The notes: a model not told the origin generated them from the letters alone. Shown: positions 27,228 to 37,375, counted from the first letter of the stretch. The stretch: DNA of 64,000 nucleotides from an uncultured Candidatus Saccharibacteria bacterium (GCA_964631145.1 CAZVXT010000001.1:393237-457236); one strand, 5' to 3'. A program made the numbers and translations.

Positions 27228-28136
27228 TTATTTTACTAAATTTAATTTATACTCAGTCTCTTTGATGGTGTTTTTTAAAACATCATTATGTTCTGCCAAG
27301 TTTTCTTTAAAAACTGGCAATATTTCTCGTAGTCTCTCTTCAGCTGGTTTTAATGTTATTCCCAAAGACTCAAGTTTGGTGATATCTAAAACAGAATCAA
27401 TTCGTTTAGCGAACGTCATCGCATTTAATTCATCTTTTGAAATTAAATTTACTTCTAAATCTGGCTTTACTAATTCTTTTAGTAACAACGCTACTTTATA
27501 CGGAGACATTACACCTGGATTAGCAACATTGTAAATACCTGTTGCGTTTTTTTCTATTAACTGGTTTGTTACGTCTAATAAATCTTCTACTACTGTTAAA
27601 GAATTTGGCGTATCAATAAATTTATTATAAGTGAGCATTTTGGTAAAAGCATTTCTAGGTGAGGCAATACTGCTTACAGGTTGACGGGGGCGAACAATCA
27701 AAACTTTTAAATTATCACGATCATGGCGAAGCATTAGCATTTCATCGGCCCAATATTTTGTCCATGAGTAAAAAGATGTGGGAGTTGGTGGGTCGTTCTC
27801 TTTATGGGCTTCTGCTGGGGTGCTACTTGCTTGAATACATCCCGTCGACAAGTGAACTAAATATTTATTTAAGACTTGGCATGCTTGCCCAACAATATCT
27901 GCGCCTAACGTATTGTTGTCAAAGCATTCTAGTTGATTCATTTCACACCAATCTAAGTTTGTTTTTGCAGCTGTGTTTATGACTATGTCCGCATTAAATT
28001 CTGTGATTGCATTTTTAACTTGATCCAATTTGCGAATATCTGTGCCTTCAGCAATTTTTGTCTCGATATTTTTACTAGTAAAATATTCTAGATATGCAGT
28101 GCCAATTTGTCCTTTTCCTAAAATTAAAATTTTCAT
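27228..28136 (-). CDS. rmlD: dTDP-4-dehydrorhamnose reductase
   Basis: N-terminal Rossmann fold ILILGKGQIGTAY and an RmlD-like substrate-binding domain. 4-nt overlap with rmlB. Confidence 0.75.
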   Translation of the reverse strand: MKILILGKGQIGTAYLEYFTSKNIETKIAEGTDIRKLDQVKNAITEFNADIVINTAAKTNLDWCEMNQLECFDNNTLGADIVGQACQVLNKYLVHLSTGCIQASSTPAEAHKENDPPTPTSFYSWTKYWADEMLMLRHDRDNLKVLIVRPRQPVSSIASPRNAFTKMLTYNKFIDTPNSLTVVEDLLDVTNQLIEKNATGIYNVANPGVMSPYKVALLLKELVKPDLEVNLISKDELNAMTFAKRIDSVLDITKLESLGITLKPAEERLREILPVFKENLAEHNDVLKNTIKETEYKLNLVK

Positions 28137-29152
28137 ACGTTTTTATTTAATAGTTGTTCGCCTTTACTTTGGTAAAATGATTCGCTTTCTTCTGCAAGCG
28201 GCTTCCACCATTCTTGATTGTTTTTATACCAATCTACGGTTTGTACAAGCCACTGGTCAAAGCTATGTTCTGGTGACCAACCTAATTGTTGATTAATTTT
28301 GCTCCAATCCACAGCATATTTAACATCATGACCTGCGCGGTCAGTTACCATTTCTATCCGCTCTTTAGGAAGTTGCAATATTTCTAATATTTTTTCGGCA
28401 ACTTCTTTGTTAGAAATCTCCTGGGTCATGCCTCCAATGCAATAAGTCTGACCAATTTGCCCTTTTTCTAAGATTGCTTCGATGGCTCTACAGTGGTCTT
28501 CTACATGTAGCCAATCTCTTACTTGATTGCCAGGTGTGTAAAGTCTAATGTTTTGTCCATTTATTAATCTGATAATGCAACGTGGTATAAATTTCTCTGG
28601 ATAATGATAAGGTCCAAAATTATTACTACAGTTACTAATTGTCACTGGTAGATTGTAAGTATCAAAATATGATCTTACCAAATGATCGCTTGCCGCTTTG
28701 CTTGCGGAGTAGGGACTGCTTGGTTTGTAAGGAGTTTGTTCGTTAAATTTCCAATGCTCATCAAGATTGATTGATCCAAAAACTTCATCAGTAGAAATAT
28801 GATGAAATCTTTTTATGTTTAATTTTCTTGCTGTTTCTAAAAGTACATGGGTTCCCAGTACGTTACTTTTGGTAAAAATGTATGGATCGTGAATACTTCT
28901 ATCGACATGGCTTTCTGCTGCAAAATGTACAACAGTATCACATCCGTTCATGGATTCTTCGACGGTTTTGGGATCTGCAACATCGCCTTCAATAAATTCA
29001 ATTTTATCTAAACAATCCTTTAGACTGGCTTTATTGCCAGCATATGTAAGCTTATCAAGTACAACAATTTGGTCTTGAGGGTGATTTTTAAGCCAAAATC
29101 TAACAAAATTAGAGCCAATAAAGCCGGCTCCGCCAGTAATAAGTAATCTCAT
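28133..29152 (-). CDS. rmlB: dTDP-glucose 4,6-dehydratase
   Basis: GGAGFIGSNFV, the YxxxK catalytic motif (YSASKAASD), and the extended SDR fold. Confidence 0.9.
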   Translation of the reverse strand: MRLLITGGAGFIGSNFVRFWLKNHPQDQIVVLDKLTYAGNKASLKDCLDKIEFIEGDVADPKTVEESMNGCDTVVHFAAESHVDRSIHDPYIFTKSNVLGTHVLLETARKLNIKRFHHISTDEVFGSINLDEHWKFNEQTPYKPSSPYSASKAASDHLVRSYFDTYNLPVTISNCSNNFGPYHYPEKFIPRCIIRLINGQNIRLYTPGNQVRDWLHVEDHCRAIEAILEKGQIGQTYCIGGMTQEISNKEVAEKILEILQLPKERIEMVTDRAGHDVKYAVDWSKINQQLGWSPEHSFDQWLVQTVDWYKNNQEWWKPLAEESESFYQSKGEQLLNKNV

Positions 29153-29209
29153 ATAGTTATTATATCTAAAATATCGATAAACTTAAATTTTGCTATAATT
29201 AGCTTATAT

Positions 29210-30232
29210 ATGAACAATGACCTTCAAAATTTACCTAAAGTATTGCTAATACAAGTGGTTTTAAATTCTATGAAATTTATTCCTCAAGTATTTAAAGCAG
29301 CTTTAGAGCAAGATTATCCAAACTTTGAATTTGTTGCAGTAATAGCTGGTAGTAATGATGGTAGTAAAGAGTATATACAAAAAAACTTTCCTCAAGTGAA
29401 AGTAGTTGACCTTGGTTATAATATTGGTTTTGCAAAAGGGCATAATATTATTTTTGAACAAAATAACTTTGATTATTATCAGCTAGTAAATCCAGATTTA
29501 ATAATGCCCAAAAATTTTGTATCAACGATGGTTAATGCGGCGCTTCAAGATCAGTCTATTGCGGCTGTGAGCGGTAAAACTTTGCTATATGATTTTGTAA
29601 ATAATCAACCAACCAACAAAATAGATTCTACAGGGGTAACTTATTTCAAAAGTGGCGCAGCAAGAGATAGAGGACAGCATCAAGAAGATAGGGGGCAATT
29701 TGATGCTCAAACAAATATTATTGCAGTATCTGGCGCTGCGACTTTGTATAGCAATAAAGCTTTGCAATCTATTTGTTATACAAATAAAGATGATCGTAAA
29801 GAATATTTTGACGAAGATTTATGGCTATATTTTGAAGATGTGGATCTTAGCCTTCGTCTGATTAATGCAGGATATAAAATTATTTATGAGCCAAAGGCTG
29901 TTGCCTATCATGGGCGAGCGGCTGGGTCCAGTAAAGGTGGTTATGTTAGGCTTTGGTCTTATATAAGGCACCACCGTAATATTAGTCAGCAGATCAGAGA
30001 ATTAAATTACAAAAATCACATTTTTCTATTTATCAAAAACAGTCCAAAGTGGTATTGGCAATTTTTTGTACGAGAATTTTTTTATCAAATTTATGTTTTA
30101 TTTTTAGAAACATCCACTTTAAAAGTTTTGCCAAAATTGTTTAAACAATTACCAGGTATATTAAAGAAGCGAAAATTTATTCAACAAAACCGTAAAATTT
30201 CTACCCAAGACTTTGAAAAGCTAATGTCATAA
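29210..30232 (+). CDS. glycosyltransferase family 2
   Basis: GT-A fold with a DxD-like region and GT2-typical N-terminal strands. Confidence 0.7.
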   Translation: MNNDLQNLPKVLLIQVVLNSMKFIPQVFKAALEQDYPNFEFVAVIAGSNDGSKEYIQKNFPQVKVVDLGYNIGFAKGHNIIFEQNNFDYYQLVNPDLIMPKNFVSTMVNAALQDQSIAAVSGKTLLYDFVNNQPTNKIDSTGVTYFKSGAARDRGQHQEDRGQFDAQTNIIAVSGAATLYSNKALQSICYTNKDDRKEYFDEDLWLYFEDVDLSLRLINAGYKIIYEPKAVAYHGRAAGSSKGGYVRLWSYIRHHRNISQQIRELNYKNHIFLFIKNSPKWYWQFFVREFFYQIYVLFLETSTLKVLPKLFKQLPGILKKRKFIQQNRKISTQDFEKLMS

Positions 30233-30283
30233 ATAAAAACGCAGATTAAAATAATCTGCGTAAGCTTGCACTAACATTGTAAG

Positions 30284-30844
30284 CTATTCAGCTTTAATAA
30301 TTTCATTATATTTAGCTTGGTATTTTTTTAAGCTCTCAGCTAATTGGATAATTTCTGTGTAAGTAAGATCGTTTATTTTTTCATTATCCATATAGATAAA
30401 AATTTTATTATCCGATAATTCGGTAAAAAGACGAGCGATTTTTTCATTTTCAAAAAGATAGTGAAATGCTTCGCTAAGAGAGTTCATTTTTTCCTTAGAT
30501 GTGAAATCTTGTAGAACTTCTGCTTTTATGGGACAAATATCAAGAAAATTTTGAATAATGATTTTGAAATCTGCTTCTAATTCAAGCATTTCTTTATGTT
30601 TATTATCTAAATCTCTCCAATACATTATTACAAAGTCTTTAACCTGCATAGAACAAGATTTATCGATCTTGTCAAAATTAAATTTAAGTTCCTGCTTTAT
30701 ATGATGCAGTTCGATTAGGCTTTTGAATATGACAATTTGTTCTTTTTCAATTTGCGTTTTCCAAACTTTTCCTACTAGTTTGTTTATTTCTTGTATAATA
30801 TATTCTTGTATAACTTCTAACTCAGCTTTTTGTGGCTTTGGCAT
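30284..30844 (-). CDS. hypothetical protein (start moved to the ATG at 30844, which has a GGAGG SD)
   Basis: The minus strand reads tatatGGAGGacaacaATGccaaag. No recognisable motif. Confidence 0.45.
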   Translation of the reverse strand: MPKPQKAELEVIQEYIIQEINKLVGKVWKTQIEKEQIVIFKSLIELHHIKQELKFNFDKIDKSCSMQVKDFVIMYWRDLDNKHKEMLELEADFKIIIQNFLDICPIKAEVLQDFTSKEKMNSLSEAFHYLFENEKIARLFTELSDNKIFIYMDNEKINDLTYTEIIQLAESLKKYQAKYNEIIKAE

Positions 30845-30992
30845 TGTTGTCCTCCATATAAATTGAATTGCTAACACAGAATTATAGAATAAATATGTCT
30901 AGTTGTCAATTAATCAAACTTTATATCTATGTATAAAGAGTTGATTTATATTTAAAATTAGCTTATAATATTACGAAATATAAGGAGGCTTT

Positions 30993-31502
30993 ATGAAGGA
31001 AGGTGGTTATGGCAGAAATAAAAATAATCTCCGATTTTTGGGAAAACCAAATCGTAATAATAATTCTGCAAAGAAAATAGAATCTTTTATTAAGAGAAAA
31101 AACTTGCCGGGTGCTCAACTTAATTCTACGGATAAGAAAGGGATAAAAAATGAACAAAGATTTTTTAGAGCATTTCAAAACCCAAATTTTAAATTTCCAG
31201 ATTACTTTATTTCTATTGAAGAGGCTAGTATAGATGATGATATAAATGGAGTAGACTTTTTTATTTTAATGAAAGAACAAGTCTATATGCCTGTGAATAT
31301 CAAAAGTTCTTTAAAAGGTTGTTTTGAATTTGAAGCGGAAAAGTCTAGTTATAAAAATTATTATTACCGCAGAATAATTATGCCTTTTGCGGTTTTGAAA
31401 AAATATAATCAAATAACAATGCTGAAAAAATTCTTTAAACTAGTTGATAGATGGAGAGAAGAATTTTTGCAACAGCTTGCAGTTAAGCCGGCCAATGATT
31501 AG
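30993..31502 (+). CDS. hypothetical basic protein (169 aa)
   Basis: SD AAGGAGG upstream of the ATG. No recognisable domain. Confidence 0.45.
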   Translation: MKEGGYGRNKNNLRFLGKPNRNNNSAKKIESFIKRKNLPGAQLNSTDKKGIKNEQRFFRAFQNPNFKFPDYFISIEEASIDDDINGVDFFILMKEQVYMPVNIKSSLKGCFEFEAEKSSYKNYYYRRIIMPFAVLKKYNQITMLKKFFKLVDRWREEFLQQLAVKPAND

Positions 31503-31559
31503 TAAAGCGTTAAATTAACGCTTTTTTATTTTATCTAAATAGTTGGGTATAATGTTTTT

Positions 31560-32459
31560 ATGAAGTTATCGATTATTATAGTTCCGTATAAATGCAAAGA
31601 TAAGCTGGAAGTTACCTTAGATGCTGTTTTTGCAAGCAGTCTTTCTTTTGATTATGAAGTATTTGTTGTAGATAATAATTCTGAAGATGGAACCGATGAA
31701 CTAATTAAAACTAAGTATTTGTCTAATTCTAATGTTGCTGACAAGTTAAAGTATTTACCTCAAAATACAAATTGGGGTTTTCCGATTGCAAATAATATTG
31801 CCATGAGGCAAGCCACCGGTGATTATATATTATTACTTAATCCTGATACAAAAGTAGAGCCTAATAATTTTGAGGTAATGTTAAGCTTTATGGAATCACG
31901 TCCAGATGTTGGTATATCCACTTGTAAATTGGTTAGACCAGATGGGGAAATTGATCCTGCTAGTCGTCGTAGCGAACCAAACCCTAAAGTTTCATTTTAC
32001 AGACTAAGCGGACTTCAATATTTATTCCCAAAATGGTTTGGAGCTTACAATGTTTTAAATTCAGATTTAGGTGCAGAGTCCGAGTTGGATGCATGTAGTG
32101 GCGCTTACATGTTTATGAGCAGAAAGTGTTACGAGCTTACACAGGGTTTTGACGAAAGATTTTATATGTACGGGGAGGATTTAGATTTGTGTAAAAGAGT
32201 TAGGGAATCTGGTTTAAAAGTTTGGTATTATCCCAAAACTTCTTGCGTACATTACAAAGGACAATCATCAAAGCGGGCACCGCAGAAAGCGTTATATGCT
32301 TTTCACGATGCTATGTGGATTTATTATGATAAGCATTATAGAAAAAGTTATAATGTTTTTATGGATGCGTTTGTTTACGCGGGAGTATGGGGAAGATATT
32401 ATTGGAAGAGCTTTCGAAATTTACTTAGACCAGCAAATAAAAAATTTGTTAGCAAATAA
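31560..32459 (+). CDS. glycosyltransferase family 2
   Basis: IIIVPYKCKD, VVDNNSEDGT and the DxD-like LLLNPDT, typical of GT2. Confidence 0.75.
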   Translation: MKLSIIIVPYKCKDKLEVTLDAVFASSLSFDYEVFVVDNNSEDGTDELIKTKYLSNSNVADKLKYLPQNTNWGFPIANNIAMRQATGDYILLLNPDTKVEPNNFEVMLSFMESRPDVGISTCKLVRPDGEIDPASRRSEPNPKVSFYRLSGLQYLFPKWFGAYNVLNSDLGAESELDACSGAYMFMSRKCYELTQGFDERFYMYGEDLDLCKRVRESGLKVWYYPKTSCVHYKGQSSKRAPQKALYAFHDAMWIYYDKHYRKSYNVFMDAFVYAGVWGRYYWKSFRNLLRPANKKFVSK

Positions 32460-32558
32460 AAAACAACTCAAATATTTGGGTTGTTTTTTATTGACGAGAA
32501 TAAAATTTTATACTAAACTACTTTGTGAGTTTTTAAAACTCATATTTTAGGAGGAACT

Positions 32559-33071
32559 ATGAAAAATTTATTAATTAAATGCGTAATTTTGTTTGTAGCT
32601 TTAGTTGGTTTTGCAAATGGTCAAACAACAAAAGTTAATGCCGATCAACCTAGAATTGCTATAGTTGTAGAAGAAGTGTTTTCTGAAGACTCTGGTTTCC
32701 GAGTTTTTCAAATCAAGACTACAGAAACGCTTCAGACCGAAGAAGTAGAACAGTATGAAGTTAAAGGTGTAAAAAAAGTTAATATTGAAGGCAATTCAAA
32801 ACTAATTAATGCTTTATATAACAAGCAGGGACTCTTTGCAACAAAAGTAGAGGTGATAAGTAATAACATTTTTTTATCATTTCATATGGATATTTTGCAA
32901 AAGTATAAATTGTCTGATTGCCGACTAATCTCTATCTTTAAAAAAGTTTTTGAGGTCATCGAAAATCATACAGAAAGAAAAGTTGTAAATGGCGGGTATT
33001 ACACCCTTCAAAAAGGCGATCTCAAAATTTTGTTGCCGTGTGCAGTAGTTAATTATCAAAGCAGGTTTTAG
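32559..33071 (+). CDS. hypothetical secreted protein (signal peptide)
   Basis: N-terminal MKNLLIKCVILFVALVGFANG, followed by a mature domain with no recognisable motif. Confidence 0.5.
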   Translation: MKNLLIKCVILFVALVGFANGQTTKVNADQPRIAIVVEEVFSEDSGFRVFQIKTTETLQTEEVEQYEVKGVKKVNIEGNSKLINALYNKQGLFATKVEVISNNIFLSFHMDILQKYKLSDCRLISIFKKVFEVIENHTERKVVNGGYYTLQKGDLKILLPCAVVNYQSRF

Positions 33072-33088
33072 TAAACCTGCTTTTTACT
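33058..33088 (+). terminator. rho-independent terminator
   Basis: gcaggttt-tagt-aaacctgc followed by ttttt. Confidence 0.55.
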
Positions 33089-33132
33089 TTATAATTTTTC
33101 TTAAACCATATTTTGACAAAAACATCAAATAT

Positions 33133-34602
33133 ATGTATAATAAAACCATGAATAATGATAATACAAAATTTCCAACTGCCAGCGATGGTATTAGATCATT
33201 TCTAAAAATGGACCCACAGGAAACTGTGGATAATAATGCTTTGGCACAGGATCCAGCAGATATGGCACAAAAAATAGAAAGCGTGCAAAGCGGTATTATC
33301 GGTGCATCTGAACCCGCTGTAAAACCTCCTATAGATCTTCCCATTGCGACTCCAGAAAATACCACCACTAATCCAGACAAACCTAATGCCACTTTAGAAA
33401 GTGATCAGCCTCAGGTTTTGAATGGGCATAGCATGCAAGGCGTGGAAGATATGGCAAAAGAAGTAAATGCTGCTGGTAATTTTGGTAGTGGTCTTTTTAG
33501 TCTGTTTAAAAAAGTTTTGCCATTATTGGCAATTTTTGTAATAGGCTTAGGACTATATTATTTTTATTTTAGTGATTTTAGCTTTTCTAGTTTATTAAAC
33601 TCCAATACTTTAAAAATTGAATCTGTAACTCAATTACAAACTGACAAAAATTTGGAGACATTAAAAAATGATTTAAAAAGTGATTACGACACATGGATTA
33701 AACAGTTTTTTGTAGATGTAAACGATTCTGCAATTATTGATATGGATGCTGATGTTTCTGGTAATGGTTTAACTAACATAGAAAAATATTTATTGAATCT
33801 TAATCCAACTGTGTATAGTACTCGTGGTAATCTGAGCGATGGGCAATGTGTTATTGAAGGCACCAATCCCTGGACTGGCAAAGCTTTTACGGACAAACAA
33901 AAAGCCTTAATTGAAAAATATATCAATAAAGAAAATATTAGCAATCGTATTACTGCTGCTGCTTTAACTAGAGGTGTAACCAAATACGCTCAATATGTGA
34001 ACAGTGATTCTCCGTACTATATTGATCCTCAAACCATTAGAGAGTTACAAGCTACAAATCCAGTTATCACCACTCCTGGCAATAGCATTAATAATGGTTC
34101 TCAACCCGTTTCTACAGCTCCAAGTAATATTAAAATAGGGGACGAGATTGATCAGTCTGTTCCTGGGTTAGTAGAAATTCCTGCGCAAAAAGTTTCTGTG
34201 CCATTAATATGGACACAGGACACTAAAAATTTTGATTCAGATTTAAAGAAGGGTGTTGTTCATTATCCTGGGACGGCTATGCCCGGTGAGGTTGGTACTG
34301 CTTATATTTCTGGACACTCTAGCGGATATCTTTGGGATAAGAGCTCGTACAAACAAGTTTTTGCAGTTCTGGGAAATGTTAAAGACGGTACATCGTTTAG
34401 CATCACAGCTACTCAAAAAAATGGAAAGAAAATACGCTATAACTATGTTGTGCAAAGAAGAGGCGAGTATGCAGCAGATGATCAGGCTCAGTTTGCCAGC
34501 ACAGCAGAATCAGTAGTTGCATTATCAACATGTTGGCCGCTTAACACAACTGCCCGAAGATTGGTTATATTTGGCGTATTAACTCAAACAGAAAATTTGT
34601 AA
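33133..34602 (+). CDS. sortase-family transpeptidase with a long (about 330 aa) N-terminal extension and a TM anchor
   Basis: The C-terminal domain carries the catalytic His (AYISGHSSG), the Cys in LSTCWP, and the Arg in RRLVIFG. The TM helix is LPLLAIFVIGLGLYYFYF. Confidence 0.75.
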   Translation: MYNKTMNNDNTKFPTASDGIRSFLKMDPQETVDNNALAQDPADMAQKIESVQSGIIGASEPAVKPPIDLPIATPENTTTNPDKPNATLESDQPQVLNGHSMQGVEDMAKEVNAAGNFGSGLFSLFKKVLPLLAIFVIGLGLYYFYFSDFSFSSLLNSNTLKIESVTQLQTDKNLETLKNDLKSDYDTWIKQFFVDVNDSAIIDMDADVSGNGLTNIEKYLLNLNPTVYSTRGNLSDGQCVIEGTNPWTGKAFTDKQKALIEKYINKENISNRITAAALTRGVTKYAQYVNSDSPYYIDPQTIRELQATNPVITTPGNSINNGSQPVSTAPSNIKIGDEIDQSVPGLVEIPAQKVSVPLIWTQDTKNFDSDLKKGVVHYPGTAMPGEVGTAYISGHSSGYLWDKSSYKQVFAVLGNVKDGTSFSITATQKNGKKIRYNYVVQRRGEYAADDQAQFASTAESVVALSTCWPLNTTARRLVIFGVLTQTENL

Positions 34603-34775
34603 ATTATTTAAATTATCTTTTAATTGAACTGCTCAGTAATAACTTATTAACACTCATCTTATGTGCTACACTTTCTTAATTTTTGCTAATCGCAAAAATG
34701 GAAAGCTGTGCACAGAGGATTCATTTATAATAAATTATTACTGAGTTATAAATAAACAATAACCTGTAATTCTTC

Positions 34776-34806
34776 AAAAAAGCACAATTTTTAGTGCTTT
34801 TTTATT
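34776..34806 (+). terminator. rho-independent terminator after the sortase gene
   Basis: aaagcac-aattttta-gtgcttt followed by tttatt. Confidence 0.55.
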
Positions 34807-34821
34807 ATTTCTCAATGACTA

Positions 34822-34850
34822 TTGACAAAAGTACAAAATTATGTTAATAT
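34822..34850 (+). promoter_or_regulatory. sigma70-like promoter TTGACA-N17-TAATAT followed by a leader of about 250 nt
   Basis: ttgaca at 34822-34827 and taatat at 34845-34850. The leader contains the long-range pairing caccgc...gcggtg and a ggcaaac element. Confidence 0.45.
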
Positions 34851-35101
34851 ATTATTTAATCATTAAATAAGGATAAGTCCTTGCATATAAGTTAAAAACC
34901 AGTTAATATGCTCAGTTATTGATAAATATTAGGTTTTAGATAGGTTTTTGCTCACTACCGCTGTTATATTACTTTAGGCAGTTTTGGTAAGTGGGCAGTA
35001 ATTTGTCTAACACCGCTTGTAGGTTTAAGGCAAACGCCGCACCATAATATGGGCGGTGAAAGACAAAAAATCAAAAAATAAAAAATTCTAAGGAGTGGAA
35101 A

Positions 35102-36460
35102 ATGAAAAATTTAATTAGTTTAATTATCGTTGTTTTAGTTTTATTTGGTGCGGCAGGGGTTACGAAGGGTCAAAATCAAATTGTTAATTTTGAAGTTTGG
35201 GCAGGAGATTTACAATTTGCAATTACTAAGTGCGGGGCACTGCCTAAAGCACAAATTAATATTGCAGAAGATTTGTATAATCCTCCTTTAGACTCCGAAC
35301 CTAAAGCCTTTACCAAAAAAAAGATGCAGTTTCGTGCACTTACTTGTATGTGGACCGGTCCAACAACAAAGTGGGCTTGGAAATATACCATAGAAGGTTC
35401 TTTATATGGTTTTGATAAAGCTGGAAATTTAATATCCTACGAAGGGACCCCTGACGGAAAGTTTAATGCTTGCCATAACAGAGTTCTGGTAGTAATTTAT
35501 CAAAAAGCTCAAATTGGAGAACCTGAAGAAGACAAAACACCAATGTGTCCAAATCAGCCATATACTGGAGTCGCTATTGCTAATGTTAAAAATTTTGGCT
35601 TGATGATTAATGATCAAGGTCAATGTGTTACGCAACCTCCACCTCCTGCAAATTACTGTAAAACTGTAAACGGTGCTGCTAATATTAATCAATTAACAAT
35701 TGACCAGGTTAACGCAATGCCAGGTTGGGAAGTTGTTGGTGATAAAGAGTGTCGAACTAAGCAAGAGCCAGTTTGTGATAGCATTGATGGGCAAGCTAAT
35801 TCTACAGGCATAACTGTAAAAATGGCGAAAGCCATGGGTTATCAAGTCGAAGGTGGTAAATGTTTTAAACCGGAACCAATATGCCAGACAGTCAAGCAAA
35901 ATGGACAAGTAGTCAATACTTATTTGACTATTAAAGAAGCTATTGCCCAAGGTTACAAAATTGATAAACATCAAGGATGTGAACTTAAAGGTAGTGGTGG
36001 TTTCTGGTCTGGATTTGCTAGAGTCGCATGTGGTGCCGGAACTGGTTTTGCACTTGATGCTATTAGAACTGGTAACATATTCAGTATGCGTTCATTAGGA
36101 GCTGCTGGTATGGGAGCCGCAGGTGGTTTTGCTACATTTGGTATTCCGTGGGCTAAAGATTCTAGTCATTGGTTTACTGGCTGTGCTGGTGGTTTAACAG
36201 TATTATTATTACCTCCTGGAAAGGATGGTAAATGTGCTGCTGATCAAACTCCGGTATATGGTAGTGACGGTAAGACTTTGATTGCATGCGGAACCAAAAC
36301 TTTGCTCCCAGGTGATACCACTGGCGGAGTTAATAAGCCTCGGGTCCTACTAGGCTTTGCCGGTGAATCTACAGTAGGCGGTAGCCAAACTAATAACAAT
36401 AAGCCCGATGAACCTGCTCCTAAAAAGAGCAAGGTCTCGGTGGATGGAAATCCTTATTGA
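35102..36460 (+). CDS. secreted Cys-rich protein (452 aa)
   Basis: Signal peptide plus more than 20 Cys. A Gly-rich segment (GAAGMGAAGGFATFG) and a basic C-terminus. Confidence 0.55.
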   Translation: MKNLISLIIVVLVLFGAAGVTKGQNQIVNFEVWAGDLQFAITKCGALPKAQINIAEDLYNPPLDSEPKAFTKKKMQFRALTCMWTGPTTKWAWKYTIEGSLYGFDKAGNLISYEGTPDGKFNACHNRVLVVIYQKAQIGEPEEDKTPMCPNQPYTGVAIANVKNFGLMINDQGQCVTQPPPPANYCKTVNGAANINQLTIDQVNAMPGWEVVGDKECRTKQEPVCDSIDGQANSTGITVKMAKAMGYQVEGGKCFKPEPICQTVKQNGQVVNTYLTIKEAIAQGYKIDKHQGCELKGSGGFWSGFARVACGAGTGFALDAIRTGNIFSMRSLGAAGMGAAGGFATFGIPWAKDSSHWFTGCAGGLTVLLLPPGKDGKCAADQTPVYGSDGKTLIACGTKTLLPGDTTGGVNKPRVLLGFAGESTVGGSQTNNNKPDEPAPKKSKVSVDGNPY

Positions 36461-36479
36461 TAATTAATTATCTAAATAA

Positions 36480-36518
36480 GGTCGGTAGAAGTTTAAAAGC
36501 TTCTACCGTTTTTTTATT
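36480..36518 (+). terminator. rho-independent terminator
   Basis: cggtagaag-tttaaaa-gcttctaccg followed by ttttttt. Confidence 0.7.
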
Positions 36519-36683
36519 TATAAATATAGCACTGATATTTTTTTAAAGACAATAGCTTAAAAGAATGATTCATTACAGATTTTTTAAATGTTTTTGTCAA
36601 TTTGCAAACTTGTAGATTTTGTTATAATGACAAGACTAGCATTGTTGCTAAATTTACAAAATTACAAATTTAAGGGGGATTTT

Positions 36684-37355
36684 ATGAAAAAAATCTTAGG
36701 TATCGTTTTTTGTTTGGCGATTTTTACTGGGTTTACATTTGCTCAAAGTTCCGGTTCTTGGAAAGTTACCAAATGTTGGAACCCGCAAAAGCAAAAATAT
36801 TATGACTGCTATGAACCTGTTAATAGTTCGGCAAATCCGGGGCAGCAAAATACCGCTCAAGTCAAAAATAATTCCAATTCTGGCAGCGGTAACCAAGTGA
36901 TTGTTAATGGTAATAATAATATTGTTAACATCGGCGGATCTCAGCCAGGCTATCGACCTGGTTCTCAGGCACCATCTAATCAACAACAAGAGCCGCAAAG
37001 ACAACGTCGGCAAAATAATATTGTTTATAACAACGCGGATCCTTATAATGGGGAAGTTGTTTACGGAAGAAATTACAACAACTCTTATGATAATGGGTAT
37101 GAATGCAATAATCGTTGCCAGGAACAAACCAGGCTTAGTAATTTGCCCATTCAGCATACTCAGACTGTGCGAACGGTGCAGCAACGAATAATTCTAAACA
37201 GCAATGACCCTTATACGTGGAGTCGAGGTAGAAATATTCCAAGTGCGAGTTATGAAATTCGTATCAATCAGCAAACCGTTAAGGTGCAAAGCAATACTAA
37301 TAATCCGCCGTTTATTAGGGTTGATGACAGCGGTGGTTGGTATTATTACCAATAG
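36684..37355 (+). CDS. secreted N/Q-rich low-complexity protein (start at the ATG after the AAGGGGG SD)
   Basis: Signal peptide MKKILGIVFCLAIFTGFTFA. Long Asn/Gln/Gly tracts. Confidence 0.55.
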   Translation: MKKILGIVFCLAIFTGFTFAQSSGSWKVTKCWNPQKQKYYDCYEPVNSSANPGQQNTAQVKNNSNSGSGNQVIVNGNNNIVNIGGSQPGYRPGSQAPSNQQQEPQRQRRQNNIVYNNADPYNGEVVYGRNYNNSYDNGYECNNRCQEQTRLSNLPIQHTQTVRTVQQRIILNSNDPYTWSRGRNIPSASYEIRINQQTVKVQSNTNNPPFIRVDDSGGWYYYQ

Positions 37356-37375
37356 TTGTATCTAGATTTATTATT

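Noticed and set aside
34960-35060. c-di-GMP-I (GEMM) riboswitch call for the leader of the Cys-rich secreted protein
   Set aside because: Only the GGCAAAC and GAAAG fragments match. The P1/P2 geometry and tetraloop-receptor elements are not present. It is kept only as a low-interest observation.
36684-37355. Low-complexity N/Q-rich ORF as a possible non-coding or repeat artefact
   Set aside because: It has a clean signal peptide, an SD (AAGGGGG), its own terminator and an uninterrupted 224-codon frame despite the AT-rich context. It is therefore retained as a real secreted protein.
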